A stretch of 64,000 nt of DNA from IMG/VR virus record IMGVR_UViG_3300021087_000009, positions 11,252-75,251 of that record; one strand, written 5' to 3'. Below, piece by piece: positions 48,063 through 58,155 of the stretch (positions are counted from its first letter, which is position 1; every line of letters starts with the position of its first letter). A program made the translations under genes and the position numbers. This stretch comes from a virus. The notes beneath the pieces were generated by a model. The model made no database searches, was not told the DNA's origin, and saw nothing but the letters and a program-made list of their open reading frames with translations.

Positions 48063-48485
48063 ATGAAGATTAATATAAAAAAGGCATTGTGGTTTAGTTT
48101 AGGTTGTGTCCTATTAGTAATTGCAATTATTGGTGTATATCTACCAGGGTTACCTTGGTCAACACCGGCAGTAGGAGCGGCTTTTTGTTTTGCACGAAGT
48201 TCGGATCGTATGCATAACTGGATTATGAACCACAAACTATTTGGACCCTTTTTAACTAACTGGGCTTCTAAAAGAGTATTTCCTACAAAAGCAAAGTATT
48301 TGATGTTGGTAACAATGGCATCAAGTTTATGTTTAATGTGGTTTACGACAGGAAACATAAAAGCAATTATGTGGACAGGTGGTGCAATGTTATGTTGTGC
48401 TATATGGGGATGGAGATATCCAGGTTCCATAGAAGAACATAGTAGAAGAAAAGACGCAGGCGAAAAGATTGCTTGGTTAAAGTAA
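48063..48485 (+). CDS. YbaN/DUF454 membrane protein
   Basis: LPGLPWST, CFARSS, HKLFGPFL..W. Confidence 0.85.
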   Translation: MKINIKKALWFSLGCVLLVIAIIGVYLPGLPWSTPAVGAAFCFARSSDRMHNWIMNHKLFGPFLTNWASKRVFPTKAKYLMLVTMASSLCLMWFTTGNIKAIMWTGGAMLCCAIWGWRYPGSIEEHSRRKDAGEKIAWLK

Positions 48486-48622
48486 TCACATCTTAATTAT
48501 TAAGGCGATAAATACACTATACTATATATTGTGGATAGTATCGCCTTAATCACGAACAGCTACATTGGTGTAGCTTAATTCAAAATCTAAAAAATTTAGC
48601 GGTATAACCACAGGAGTTTACA

Positions 48623-49114
48623 ATGACAATTAAACGTCATGTAATGGCAGGACTTCTTATATTATTTTCAATCTTTTTAACATCATGGCTAGTAACGAAA
48701 GCTACAGCTCATGAAGGCATTCATGAAGGCATGGCCGAACATGAACTAATGGACGTTCCTAAAAAAGGAACGACTAATCAATTCTGGGGTGAATGGTTTG
48801 GTGAGAATCCTTTTATTAAAGAGCCTGCGTTAGAGTATGTTTTAGACTGGAAAGTCAACGAAGTTCCTAGAAGTATTACAATCTATTATGATGTTAATAA
48901 TGACGGATTTCCCGATGTAGTTTTTGCTCACCCAATTGTAGCTGAAAATCAAGCACCAGCATGTGGAACACACAGAGATGAAGAATCTAGACACTTAATG
49001 TTTACAACATGCAAAATTGGAGCTGGACCTCACACTGACTATTTTGTCACTCACGAACATAGTATGTTTAGAATTCTAGACCAACATACTTGTTCAGGTT
49101 GCCCATTAAAATAA
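48623..49114 (+). CDS. secreted hypothetical protein
   Basis: Signal peptide; DVNNDG Ca-binding-like loop. Confidence 0.55.
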   Translation: MTIKRHVMAGLLILFSIFLTSWLVTKATAHEGIHEGMAEHELMDVPKKGTTNQFWGEWFGENPFIKEPALEYVLDWKVNEVPRSITIYYDVNNDGFPDVVFAHPIVAENQAPACGTHRDEESRHLMFTTCKIGAGPHTDYFVTHEHSMFRILDQHTCSGCPLK

Positions 49115-49254
49115 TTAATTATAGTAGCAGTTAATTGTATCTTGCAATGGATATCTACTGAGATCTGGGGCTGTCTGCTAAATACTATTATATAAAATAA
49201 TAAGTTTAATCGGGCACAACTCTACCAGGTTGGGAAATGCAGGAGCAAGAGGGC

Positions 49255-49809
49255 ATGAAGAAGTTTTCAACACTTATTGTTACTGTCATGGTAACAATTT
49301 TTTTAATGAGTGCAACGGCGCACGCCGAGAATACAGTAACATCCACGGTTACTGGAACTACTACTGTAGATAGAACTCCTCCAACGGCTTCGGCTCCAAA
49401 CGTAATGATTAACAATCAAGATGTATGTTCTACAGGCACAAGCGCCGCTATACAAACCCAAATTTTTGGTATAGCTGGCGGTACAACCATTAGAGATTTA
49501 AACTGTGAAAGACTCAAGTTATCTAGATCATTGTATGGTATGGGCATGAAGGTTGCGGCAGTAAGTCTTTTATGCCAAGATGCAAGAGTATTTGAAGCTA
49601 TGGAAATGGCAGGAACTCCTTGTCCTTATAAAGGCAAAATTGGAGTTGATGCGGCGAAGGCATGGGCAGAGAATCCAGAGAAGCGTCCCGATTATGAGAA
49701 ATGGTTGAAGGAACATGAACTTGAAAACGTTGAAAAAGAATGGAACAACAATAAGAAGACTTGGGGCGTTGGCCTTGGTAGTCTTGCTATGTTGCTCTTC
49801 CTCTTATAG
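49255..49809 (+). CDS. exported Cys-containing protein with C-terminal anchor
   Basis: Signal peptide; PPTASAP, NCERLKL, MAGTPCP. Confidence 0.65.
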   Translation: MKKFSTLIVTVMVTIFLMSATAHAENTVTSTVTGTTTVDRTPPTASAPNVMINNQDVCSTGTSAAIQTQIFGIAGGTTIRDLNCERLKLSRSLYGMGMKVAAVSLLCQDARVFEAMEMAGTPCPYKGKIGVDAAKAWAENPEKRPDYEKWLKEHELENVEKEWNNNKKTWGVGLGSLAMLLFLL

Positions 49810-51565
49810 TCTAGCATACGATCAACAATATACAGTTGGGGGTACAGGCCCGCAAGGTGGCGTTGTGACTTCTGTATCTGTTGCTAGTGAAGTTACAGGA
49901 ACTGCTACTTCACAAGTTGGTGATAACTTAGAAACCATTACTACAACAAAATTTACAGAATCAGTTGTCGAAAATGTAACTACAACTAACCAAGTAACAC
50001 AAACAACTATTACTGTAACTGAAGAAGATAAGTCTACAGGTGATATTATTACAGGTACTAACCTTAATAGATCTGGAATAAACAGTCCAGCTGATGCTAA
50101 AGTAAAATGTGTATATGGTGCTGGAAGTGGATTTTATAGAGATGGTTTAGGTTGTGGACGACACACGGACCGTTGGGATGATCTTCATATTAAAACAGAA
50201 GGACAACACGAATATACAACTGATATGGACAATTGGATGACCCAACAGGAAATGAATTATGGATTTAGTGCTACTGCTACTGCACAAGGTAAAGATTCTA
50301 GCCCAAGTAATACACAATTTACAATTACAGTAAAACTTTATGATCCAGACACAGGTGCTAACACACAAGAAAGTAATACTTGGACATTAACTAGTTCATA
50401 TCAAACGTTTAGTACAACTTTAGATGTTGGAACTAATACATATGGTGCAGATTCACAGCTAATAGCAACGTTCCTTGGAGTAGATCCAAACTGGGATGGC
50501 TCTGGTTATGACACAGATATACAAAATTTTAACATGACCTTAACTTATGATGTACTAGAATCAGTAGTAGAAACAATTAATCAGACTATTGTAAATAGTG
50601 TAAATTCTGCTTTAGAAACGATAGAAAATCAAACTACTTTAGTTTATAATCCAATTATACAACCAGGCACAGATACTACAACTACAATTGCTCCACCAAC
50701 TGCGCCTACACAAGATTCTTTTACTGTAAATGTAGCTGGTAACAACGGCGGAGGAGTTAATTTACAATTTAATGTTGAAGTAGACGAAACAGCTGGTGCG
50801 GCTACAGTTGAAATGGCGGCTACAAATTTAGAAACAGGAGTAGTTACTATTGATGAAGTTGCAAATATAAGTTTAGATTTTAGTTCAGACTCGGGTGGAA
50901 CAACAGAAGTAGTTAATGTTGCTGAAGTTGAAACGCAAGTAGGTGGAGCAATTGAAAGTGCAGTTGCAGAAGCAACAACTGAAATGCAGGTTGCAGAAGC
51001 AACACCACAAACTACTGAAAGTTCAGCATCAACAACAGAGGCGACAACAGAAACGGAAACAGAGTCGGAAACAGCGAGTAGTGAAGGAGAAAGCAATGAG
51101 ACAGAAACAGTACAAGAGTCCAGTAGTGATGTGGAAGAGCAAGTGGCAGACAGTGGAGAGACGACATCATCTGACAAACCAGATGGAGATTCGAAAAGTA
51201 CTGATAAGTCTGGATCAAAGTCCAAGTCCAAAACTAAAGTCGCTAAGAAGATGACGAAAGAAGAAAAGATAAAAGAACAAGTTGATAAGGCTAAACAGAA
51301 GATAGCTAGAAAGATTTTAATGGCTATGGCTGATACTTATAATGCTATTAACGAAGCAACTAAGATAGCACTTATGGCTAGTTTGACAGATACAGAATCA
51401 TTTAAAGCATATCAAAAGAAAAACAATGAAGACTTAGCTAATTGGTATAGTGATTTACAAGTATATAAAGATATGCCACAGTTAATAGATCCTGCGGCAC
51501 AACTATATGAGTTAGCTTCAGATAAAATAATGAACGAAATGATAGACGAACAATATAAGAAATAA
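49715..51565 (+). CDS. large Thr/Ser/Glu-rich exported protein
   Basis: Signal-like N-terminus, low-complexity acidic linker; start uncertain. Confidence 0.65.
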   Translation: MNLKTLKKNGTTIRRLGALALVVLLCCSSSYSLAYDQQYTVGGTGPQGGVVTSVSVASEVTGTATSQVGDNLETITTTKFTESVVENVTTTNQVTQTTITVTEEDKSTGDIITGTNLNRSGINSPADAKVKCVYGAGSGFYRDGLGCGRHTDRWDDLHIKTEGQHEYTTDMDNWMTQQEMNYGFSATATAQGKDSSPSNTQFTITVKLYDPDTGANTQESNTWTLTSSYQTFSTTLDVGTNTYGADSQLIATFLGVDPNWDGSGYDTDIQNFNMTLTYDVLESVVETINQTIVNSVNSALETIENQTTLVYNPIIQPGTDTTTTIAPPTAPTQDSFTVNVAGNNGGGVNLQFNVEVDETAGAATVEMAATNLETGVVTIDEVANISLDFSSDSGGTTEVVNVAEVETQVGGAIESAVAEATTEMQVAEATPQTTESSASTTEATTETETESETASSEGESNETETVQESSSDVEEQVADSGETTSSDKPDGDSKSTDKSGSKSKSKTKVAKKMTKEEKIKEQVDKAKQKIARKILMAMADTYNAINEATKIALMASLTDTESFKAYQKKNNEDLANWYSDLQVYKDMPQLIDPAAQLYELASDKIMNEMIDEQYKK

Positions 51566-51576
51566 AGGAGGGCAAA

Positions 51577-52080
51577 ATGGCAGAGATAGAGTATAAAGGA
51601 ATTAAAGTAGGGGGCAGTAAGCTCTTAATAGTTATACCATTGATTGGTACTATTATGGGTGGCCTATGGGGAGGCTTCGAACTCTTTAATAGATATCAAA
51701 TGATGGAAGCAAAGATTAACAAATATGTTGCTCCAGATCTTTCAGACTTTGATAAACGCATAGCATTAATTGAAGGAAAGCTAGTAGAAATACAAGAGTC
51801 AGTTATAACTGCTAGAGATTATACACGTGATATTAAAATAGATCTTAAAAAGGATCTAGATTATGTAACAGACCTAACTGAAGATTCAAACAAAGAAACA
51901 AAGTTATTAGATAGAGAGTTACGTGCTGATATTAATGCAAGTGTTAAAGATATTAAAGCTCAAATGAAAACAGTTCAAACAGAGATAGAAGAATCACTTG
52001 AGAAGACAGAAGAAAATATTAATAAGAAGATTGAGAAAGCATTAGAAAATCCATTAGCTGGTATGGCTACTTCAAAATAG
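51577..52080 (+). CDS. TM plus coiled-coil protein
   Basis: GGAGG RBS; ends ALENPLA. Confidence 0.65.
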   Translation: MAEIEYKGIKVGGSKLLIVIPLIGTIMGGLWGGFELFNRYQMMEAKINKYVAPDLSDFDKRIALIEGKLVEIQESVITARDYTRDIKIDLKKDLDYVTDLTEDSNKETKLLDRELRADINASVKDIKAQMKTVQTEIEESLEKTEENINKKIEKALENPLAGMATSK

Positions 52081-52723
52081 TTTGCCCTGTACTTGCCCAG
52101 TCTGCCATAAAGCTATCTAATCCTTTTTTAGTTAATGTGTGTTCATACATCTTATAGACAACGTCTGGCGGTATAGTTACTACTTGAGCGCCTAGTACAG
52201 CCGCTAGTTCGACATGTTTTACACTTCTAACACTTGCTACTAACACTTCAGTTTTAAATCCTTGTACACAATACATTTTAACAATATCAGCAATAAGATT
52301 CATACCATCTTCCCCAATATCATCTAAGCGTCCGACAAAGGGTGAGATATAAGTTGCTCCAGCCTTTGCGGCTAACAAGGCTTGGGCTACACTAAAACAT
52401 AATGTAACGTTTACTTCAATATCTAAATGTCTTAACGTCTTACAAGCAATTAAGCCATCAACTGTTAATGGAACTTTAACAACAACATTGTCTGCCAAAC
52501 TTGCTAGATATTGTCCTTCTTCAACCATATGAGCATGATCTATTGCTGTTACTTCAGCACTAACAGGCCCATTCTGTATATTACAAATGCCCTTAATAGT
52601 TTTATCCATATCATCGCCATTCTTATATATAAGCGAAGGATTAGTAGTTACCCCATCTACCATACCGGTAGGAATTAGTTCTAAAATTTTGTCTATATTA
52701 GCTGTATCAATAAAAAATTTCAC
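52067..52723 (-). CDS. talC: transaldolase TalC/FSA family
   Basis: FFIDTA, GVTTNPSL, VVKVP, NVTLCFS, YISPFVGRLDD. Confidence 0.93.
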   Translation of the reverse strand: MKFFIDTANIDKILELIPTGMVDGVTTNPSLIYKNGDDMDKTIKGICNIQNGPVSAEVTAIDHAHMVEEGQYLASLADNVVVKVPLTVDGLIACKTLRHLDIEVNVTLCFSVAQALLAAKAGATYISPFVGRLDDIGEDGMNLIADIVKMYCVQGFKTEVLVASVRSVKHVELAAVLGAQVVTIPPDVVYKMYEHTLTKKGLDSFMADWASTGQTILK

Positions 52724-52849
52724 TCATTACTCCTTAAAAAGCCCTCAGTACTTATTGCCCTAACTTGGCCAACACTCCCATAAGGTATATCATAAAGACG
52801 ATTAAAGCAAGTCCTCCTATTGCTCCTTTTGCCTTTTCCCAGTCACTCA

Positions 52850-53107
52850 TCAAGAAAATTCAGTTCTAATAGACCGAAAGCCCTCAGGTCTTAAGTCACG
52901 CCATTTATTCTTACCTAAATCCCACAGTATCATTCTGCCGTCTTGAGGTTGTGGTCTATGATACTTTTTTGCTTCTATATCAATATCGTGATGTTGTAAT
53001 GGGTGGGTTTTAAGCATATATGTACGTTCGGCGCCACATTGCTTTTCATATACGCACTTGCCAGTGTAAAAGGCTAACTGCGATCTAACTTCAGACTCGG
53101 TAAACAT
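52850..53107 (-). CDS. WYL-like SH3 protein
   Basis: YEK..G.ER, WDL.K..WR. Confidence 0.55.
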   Translation of the reverse strand: MFTESEVRSQLAFYTGKCVYEKQCGAERTYMLKTHPLQHHDIDIEAKKYHRPQPQDGRMILWDLGKNKWRDLRPEGFRSIRTEFS

Positions 53108-53154
53108 ACTACTCCTTTATTGTGAAGGTTAAAGAGTAACCTTCATTATGAAGG

Positions 53155-53736
53155 TTACCGTAAAACTAAAAAATCTAGATTATCATTCTGAATTAAATTA
53201 ATCTTAAGGTCAAGTTTATCTGAAAATTTGTAAGTTCCTGGTTTAAATGGTTTATTCTGTTGTTTCTGCGTCGGTTTAGCTGATCCTCTAGCTGGTTGTA
53301 AGCCGTCTCCTGATGTCATTATACAACTGTATGCATTTTCGAAATGCGATACTAAACTAAACGTCGTCGTTTCTTTATTAAAGTATACTAGTACTGGCGC
53401 TCTTAATATTTGACCATTTGGAATTTGTATAACCCCCATGCCAACTATCATAGGTTGCTCACCATACTTACCTGTTACAATTGCCAATACTTGATCTGTC
53501 TTACCACAATCATATAGTGCTGGCCATTTTGCCATCTGACTTACTAACGGCTCTAACTCGTCTGGTGTTGGAGCCTTTGGTGCTGTATCTGGAACAGTTT
53601 TGTTTTGCTCTGCTTCTAATCCTGGATCAACTGTTTGTCCTTCGGCTAATGTTTGTGTACATCCTATCGCTATGAACATACAAAACGCAAATGCTAATGC
53701 TCTGCGGTAATCATAATCTAACATAGATTTAAACAT
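53155..53736 (-). CDS. secreted hypothetical protein
   Basis: Signal peptide, GGAGG RBS. Confidence 0.6.
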   Translation of the reverse strand: MFKSMLDYDYRRALAFAFCMFIAIGCTQTLAEGQTVDPGLEAEQNKTVPDTAPKAPTPDELEPLVSQMAKWPALYDCGKTDQVLAIVTGKYGEQPMIVGMGVIQIPNGQILRAPVLVYFNKETTTFSLVSHFENAYSCIMTSGDGLQPARGSAKPTQKQQNKPFKPGTYKFSDKLDLKINLIQNDNLDFLVLR

Positions 53737-53801
53737 AATAATGCCTCCTAATATAGCATTATTATTTAGTATATAATTATGTTTAGAATGTAATTAAATG
53801 A

Positions 53802-54387
53802 CTAGTCGATGTAGTTAGAAAGCATTTGTTGTGAACATAGCTCTAAGCCTTTCAGCCATTGTTCTTCCTCATTAAAATCAAAGACACTAGTGTCAGTAGG
53901 ATCGCATATCAGCCATGCATTTTGATCATTGACTTCAACATTTAGTTGTTCTTTAGTCCAGACACTCATGCCTGCGAACATTCTCCAGCCTTTAGGCTCA
54001 TTACCTGATGCTAATTTCTCTATCATAAGTAAGTCGCTAGTAATTGCTAATTTGTTATTTGCATTTAATGTATTAGCACTTACCCATTCATTAGTATGTA
54101 ATAAAACAATAGATGTATCACTAACCGGCCCACCTTTATGTACAAAAGTCATTTCAAGTGTCGGGTCGAACGGTATATCTTTTAACGAACCTAAGCTACT
54201 AATCTTAAACTGACTAGGCTTATTTAAAATAACACCACATACTTGCCCTGTCGTGGGATTTTCATCATATATGTAGACAACACTTTGTTGAAAAACAACG
54301 TTATTGTTTAGTACAGGTGTTGCTACAAGGAGTTTTCCTTTGTAACGTGTATCCATATCAACTCCAGTCAGGGAGGGGTCCGCCATA
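53802..54387 (-). CDS. YqgE/AlgH (DUF179) family
   Basis: GKLLVATP, F.QSVV, GVILNKP, GGPV, W...QL..EV...W. Confidence 0.85.
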
Positions 54388-54597
54388 TTTTTTTCCTTTA
54401 ATTTTTTTGCCACCAACTGTGACCCTATGTTTGCCTACCTTATGACTCTTCCTACCACTTCTAGTTCTTAATCCTTGAGCTTTGCAACTTGATAAAGCAC
54501 TTGCACCAAGTGATGAATCTGGTCTAGAAGATCTACATAGTTTTGCTGTAGCTTGAGCTTCGTCAATTAAGGTCTCGTCGATGTCTTTAATTTTCAT
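54358..54597 (-). CDS. small basic protein (MKIKDI N-terminus)
   Basis: Late motif 5 nt upstream of the ATG. Confidence 0.6.
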   Translation of the reverse strand: MKIKDIDETLIDEAQATAKLCRSSRPDSSLGASALSSCKAQGLRTRSGRKSHKVGKHRVTVGGKKIKGKKYGGPLPDWS

Positions 54598-54605
54598 AAT
54601 AATAT

Positions 54606-54815
54606 TTATCTATATCTATCCGCCTTGTTGGCAAATTCTTCTTCGCACAATTTAAACGATAACGCTTTTCGGGGTCCTCTCGTTGTGTTGATTCTTACCT
54701 CACCTGATTTTTGGTGATATTCAATCTTTGTTATCTTAGCTAAATCGTCATTTTTACCTACTGCTATAACCTGTCCTATTTCTAGGCCGATGTTTAATTT
54801 TCGCATTTGTGTCAT
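54606..54815 (-). CDS. hypothetical protein
   Basis: Probable start MTQMRK after AAGGGG. Confidence 0.5.
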   Translation of the reverse strand: MTQMRKLNIGLEIGQVIAVGKNDDLAKITKIEYHQKSGEVRINTTRGPRKALSFKLCEEEFANKADRYR

Positions 54816-54979
54816 TGGATTACCCCTTTCGAGTCTGCTGTAGAACACAGCATTTGAACTATCTACACAAGTATTTATTGTAGGCCCCGCTGTAGCTTCT
54901 TCAAATATACCAAAATTCACGTTTCGCATTGTTTCTATTATAACACCTCACCTAATATAAGTCAACTAAATATTTTAGA

Positions 54980-55588
54980 ATGCAAATATATACGCAAATT
55001 AACCAACCTAGCAGTATGCCTGAAGGTTCTAAATGGCTACCGTGTTTAAAGACTTCTACAGTACCGCATCGTAAGGCTTGGAAACAGTCTTTGTTGCTTA
55101 CCCATTATGATCCTATGAAACATTATGAACATAATATTGTAGAACTATTAAATGAAAAGGTTTATTGCATAGGTAGTAGAACATATGATAGATTAGTTAA
55201 CTTAGGCTTTACCAAAGTAGAAATGCATGGCTCATATGCAGACGATATTAAAATACAATCTAAACCCTTAACTCCTTGTACTTGGTTGCATGGTGATAAG
55301 TTTTCTCGAGATTTTAGTAAGTACGCAGGTGTTACTGCTATCCAAACTTGTAAATCCTCATTGAACGAATCCTCACTGCGAGAAATTCTCTCACTGAACG
55401 AATCCTCACTGCGAGAAATTCTCTCACTGTATGTTTACAGCTCTAGAGTATTAGAAGCTTTGGAGGTCACTACCTTTCCACATACTAAACTTTTCCACAC
55501 AGAATCTTGCAAGCCAACTTCAGAAAAATGGTTAGAAATCCAAAGTTTTTATCCAGGAGATGAATTTAACCAAAAGGCCCCGCTGTAA
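54980..55588 (+). CDS. uroporphyrinogen-III synthase (HemD)-like protein
   Basis: P.L, LLLT, KVYCIGSRT..L..LGF, WLHG, LYVYSSR in HemD motif order; divergent. Confidence 0.6.
   Translation: MQIYTQINQPSSMPEGSKWLPCLKTSTVPHRKAWKQSLLLTHYDPMKHYEHNIVELLNEKVYCIGSRTYDRLVNLGFTKVEMHGSYADDIKIQSKPLTPCTWLHGDKFSRDFSKYAGVTAIQTCKSSLNESSLREILSLNESSLREILSLYVYSSRVLEALEVTTFPHTKLFHTESCKPTSEKWLEIQSFYPGDEFNQKAPL
55362..55429 (+). repeat. perfect 33-bp tandem duplication
   Basis: TGAACGAATCCTCACTGCGAGAAATTCTCTCAC x2 (SLNESSLREIL x2). Confidence 0.95.
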
Positions 55589-55753
55589 GGATCTGCACCA
55601 AACGGACAGAAAAGCCAATAAAGACAAAGACTTAACGAAATGGTTGTGGTTTTTGGTCTGAGACACCACAAGAGTTTGTGTCATCCAGCTCTCTCGATTT
55701 AATTTTACCAATAGGGGTTGACATCTGCTCCTGTTGACCTTATTATATAATGT

Positions 55754-55987
55754 ATGATAAACACAATAACAAAATATTTGATTTTGATGTTGATTACTTT
55801 ATTAATGTTTCTACCAAAGGCGAGTGCTAATCCAGTTAATGATTTTGGACTTAAACTTAAGACTTGGTGGGCTAATGAAAAGGCTGAAACAATTTACTTC
55901 CAAAAAGGCAAAAGAGAAGAAGCAAGAGCTCAATGGAGTAATACGGTAATAAAGTTCAAGTCACTATTTAATAAAGAAGCAGAATAA
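55754..55987 (+). CDS. exported hypothetical protein
   Basis: Signal peptide. Confidence 0.55.
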   Translation: MINTITKYLILMLITLLMFLPKASANPVNDFGLKLKTWWANEKAETIYFQKGKREEARAQWSNTVIKFKSLFNKEAE

Positions 55988-56016
55988 AAACCTATAACTA
56001 ACCAGGAGTAGAAACC

Positions 56017-56280
56017 ATGAAGATTTTACTTAAGATCACCTTCATTGCTTTAATAGGATTAACCTTCACTGGCTGTGGAACTATCAGCTCACTGAACAAT
56101 AGTCCATCAAATGAATGGCTCAACGGAGGTGCGAAAGTTGATAAGGGCGATACTCCTGGTGACCCATGTATCCGATGCGGACAGAATTTTATCTTTATTC
56201 CAAACGAAGACCAATCAGCTTTGAAAGAAGCAGAGAGACAAGGATTTCATTGGGGTAAAGATCAAGGTATCGCATATTAA
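56017..56280 (+). CDS. putative lipoprotein
   Basis: FTGC lipobox, CxxC. Confidence 0.6.
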   Translation: MKILLKITFIALIGLTFTGCGTISSLNNSPSNEWLNGGAKVDKGDTPGDPCIRCGQNFIFIPNEDQSALKEAERQGFHWGKDQGIAY

Positions 56281-56401
56281 GATCTGAGGCCACTCATTTT
56301 TATTAGGTAAAAAAAGATGATATTTTGGCAAAATAATGGTTGACCTTCTGACCGATTGAGTGTATTATATACATAACAATAAGGAAACAGAGGGCAATTA
56401 T

Positions 56402-56947
56402 ATGTTAGATCTTATCAAAGAAATCAAATCCAGAAACATTAAAACAGAGGCTTGGATCGCTGAAGATCCAAAAAACCGTTGGTCAGGACTATATCCCGAA
56501 GACGAGGCTTATTGGGTTGAAAGAGGTATCACTACCTTAGATGCCCTAGAGAGGGATGAGTTGGCCACTTATATATACGAAGGCCATAAGGACGCTTTCG
56601 GAACAAAAGGCCGTCATTACGATTTTAATAGCATGAGCCTTCAAGAGCTGAAGGACGAGGCTGACTATATTAGTAAGGCCGTTTCTGAGTCAATGGAACA
56701 AGAAGCTCAGATCGAACAAGAGCGAGAAGCAGAGTTTAAGGCTCTTATTCAAAATACTATTGAGCTTGGTGCTGGTGATGAAGAGACAGCTCTAAGGTGG
56801 TTGACTCAAGATGAAGAATTTTATCATAGTCAAGATGTCGAATCTTGGGTATGGAATAAAGGATTACTTTTTACCAAATATGGTAAGGAGTTGGTTAAGA
56901 AACTCGAAACCATTATTACATTTAAAGAGTGGCAAGAGGCATCTTAG
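56402..56947 (+). CDS. early hypothetical protein
   Basis: Start MLDL after GAGGG; YEGHKDAFG..R and GAGDEETALRW motifs. Confidence 0.65.
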   Translation: MLDLIKEIKSRNIKTEAWIAEDPKNRWSGLYPEDEAYWVERGITTLDALERDELATYIYEGHKDAFGTKGRHYDFNSMSLQELKDEADYISKAVSESMEQEAQIEQEREAEFKALIQNTIELGAGDEETALRWLTQDEEFYHSQDVESWVWNKGLLFTKYGKELVKKLETIITFKEWQEAS

Positions 56948-57011
56948 GGGTTGACCTTTAGTATAAAAGATCATATAATGTATATAACAATTAGGCAATA
57001 AGGAGGGCAAA

Positions 57012-58081
57012 ATGGCATATCTAGTTTATAACACAGACAATTCAGCAATCACAGACGGACCTTTCAAAACCAAATCGGCGGCGAAAGCATCAGTCACAAG
57101 GGCATCCAAAAAACATTTTCTTAAAAACGGTTCCAAGCTCAAAAATATCGCGGTAGCAGAGTCTACTTATTATTATGAGAGTATCGAGAAGATGGTTGAG
57201 CGAACTAATATGATGACTGGTAAGAAATACAAGGAGAGCATCAATACTCCAATTTCTTGTTCACCAGCGTCAGAAACTTATTGGAGTATGTAAAAATGGA
57301 AAATGTTATGTCAAACGAAGATCAAAAGTTTTTTGAAGAAATGGATTACCATTCAACATATGGTAAGACGTTTGGTGCAGAAACAGTCTGGTCAATCTAT
57401 AACGGTTATGGGTATGGTGAAATTAAATTTGGTAATCCACACCCATTCGGCGACAAGGCTGTCATTAGACATAAATGCGATGTCTTTGGACCGTACAATG
57501 AATTGGTAGAGGTCGAAGGTAAGAACTGGGGCGATCTTTGGATTGCGGCCAATAAAGCAATCCTTCAGTCAGAAGACTTGCACCATATCTATATTGAAGG
57601 TTTCAAAAAGAACGATGCCGGTGAACTAGAACTTGTGACAGGGAGCTAATATGTATAATAAAGAAGCGGTCGACAAACAGATCAAAAAAGATCCAAGAAT
57701 CAAATCAAGTGAAGCCAAATTGATTCACAGGTTGTTAAAGGGCAGAGTGACAAATCCAGACATAATTAAAGATCCATCTAAACCAGCTTTTATAGTGAGG
57801 ACAAAATAATGGGATTTGAAAGAAAATGTATTGCTCATATCAAGAAGATGGTTCACAAGCGACATGATCAGCATATTGAACCTTGGTTCCAGTCTGGAAC
57901 TTTATGGTGCGATAATATTTGTGAAGATGTGGCAGATACCATTCAGCATTCAATTGTGAATTTTGTTCAAGCTCACAAGGTTATAGAAGGTTTTAATTTT
58001 AGAGATTATTCAGTATCAAAATCAGTTCTAAGGGCGACAGAAACAGAACCCTGGGACCAATGGTGCTTTGATATTGGTTAA
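57012..58081 (+). other. cluster of small early ORFs (57012-57293, ~57296-57649, 57651-57809, 57809-58081)
   Basis: Coupled ORFs with RBSs after an early promoter; TP.SCSPASETYWSM motif in the first. Confidence 0.6.
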
Positions 58082-58155
58082 TCTTAGGGGTTGACCTTTT
58101 ATCCTAAAGGTCATATAATATACTTAATAATAAGGCAAACAGAGAGGCAAACTAA

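Noticed and set aside
50644-51254. Antisense and alternative-frame ORFs over the acidic linker (and similar shadow ORFs in dnaK, nrdA, hemA)
   Set aside because: These arise from codon bias of the real genes and have no RBS or motifs
55362-55429. CRISPR-like 33-bp repeats
   Set aside because: The copies abut with no spacer and lie in frame within a CDS; no array or cas operon is seen in the window
55590-55700. Weak hairpins (TTGTGGT/ACCACAA, GACAC/GTGTC) before the early region
   Set aside because: The stems are short and competing, too weak to call an RNA or origin
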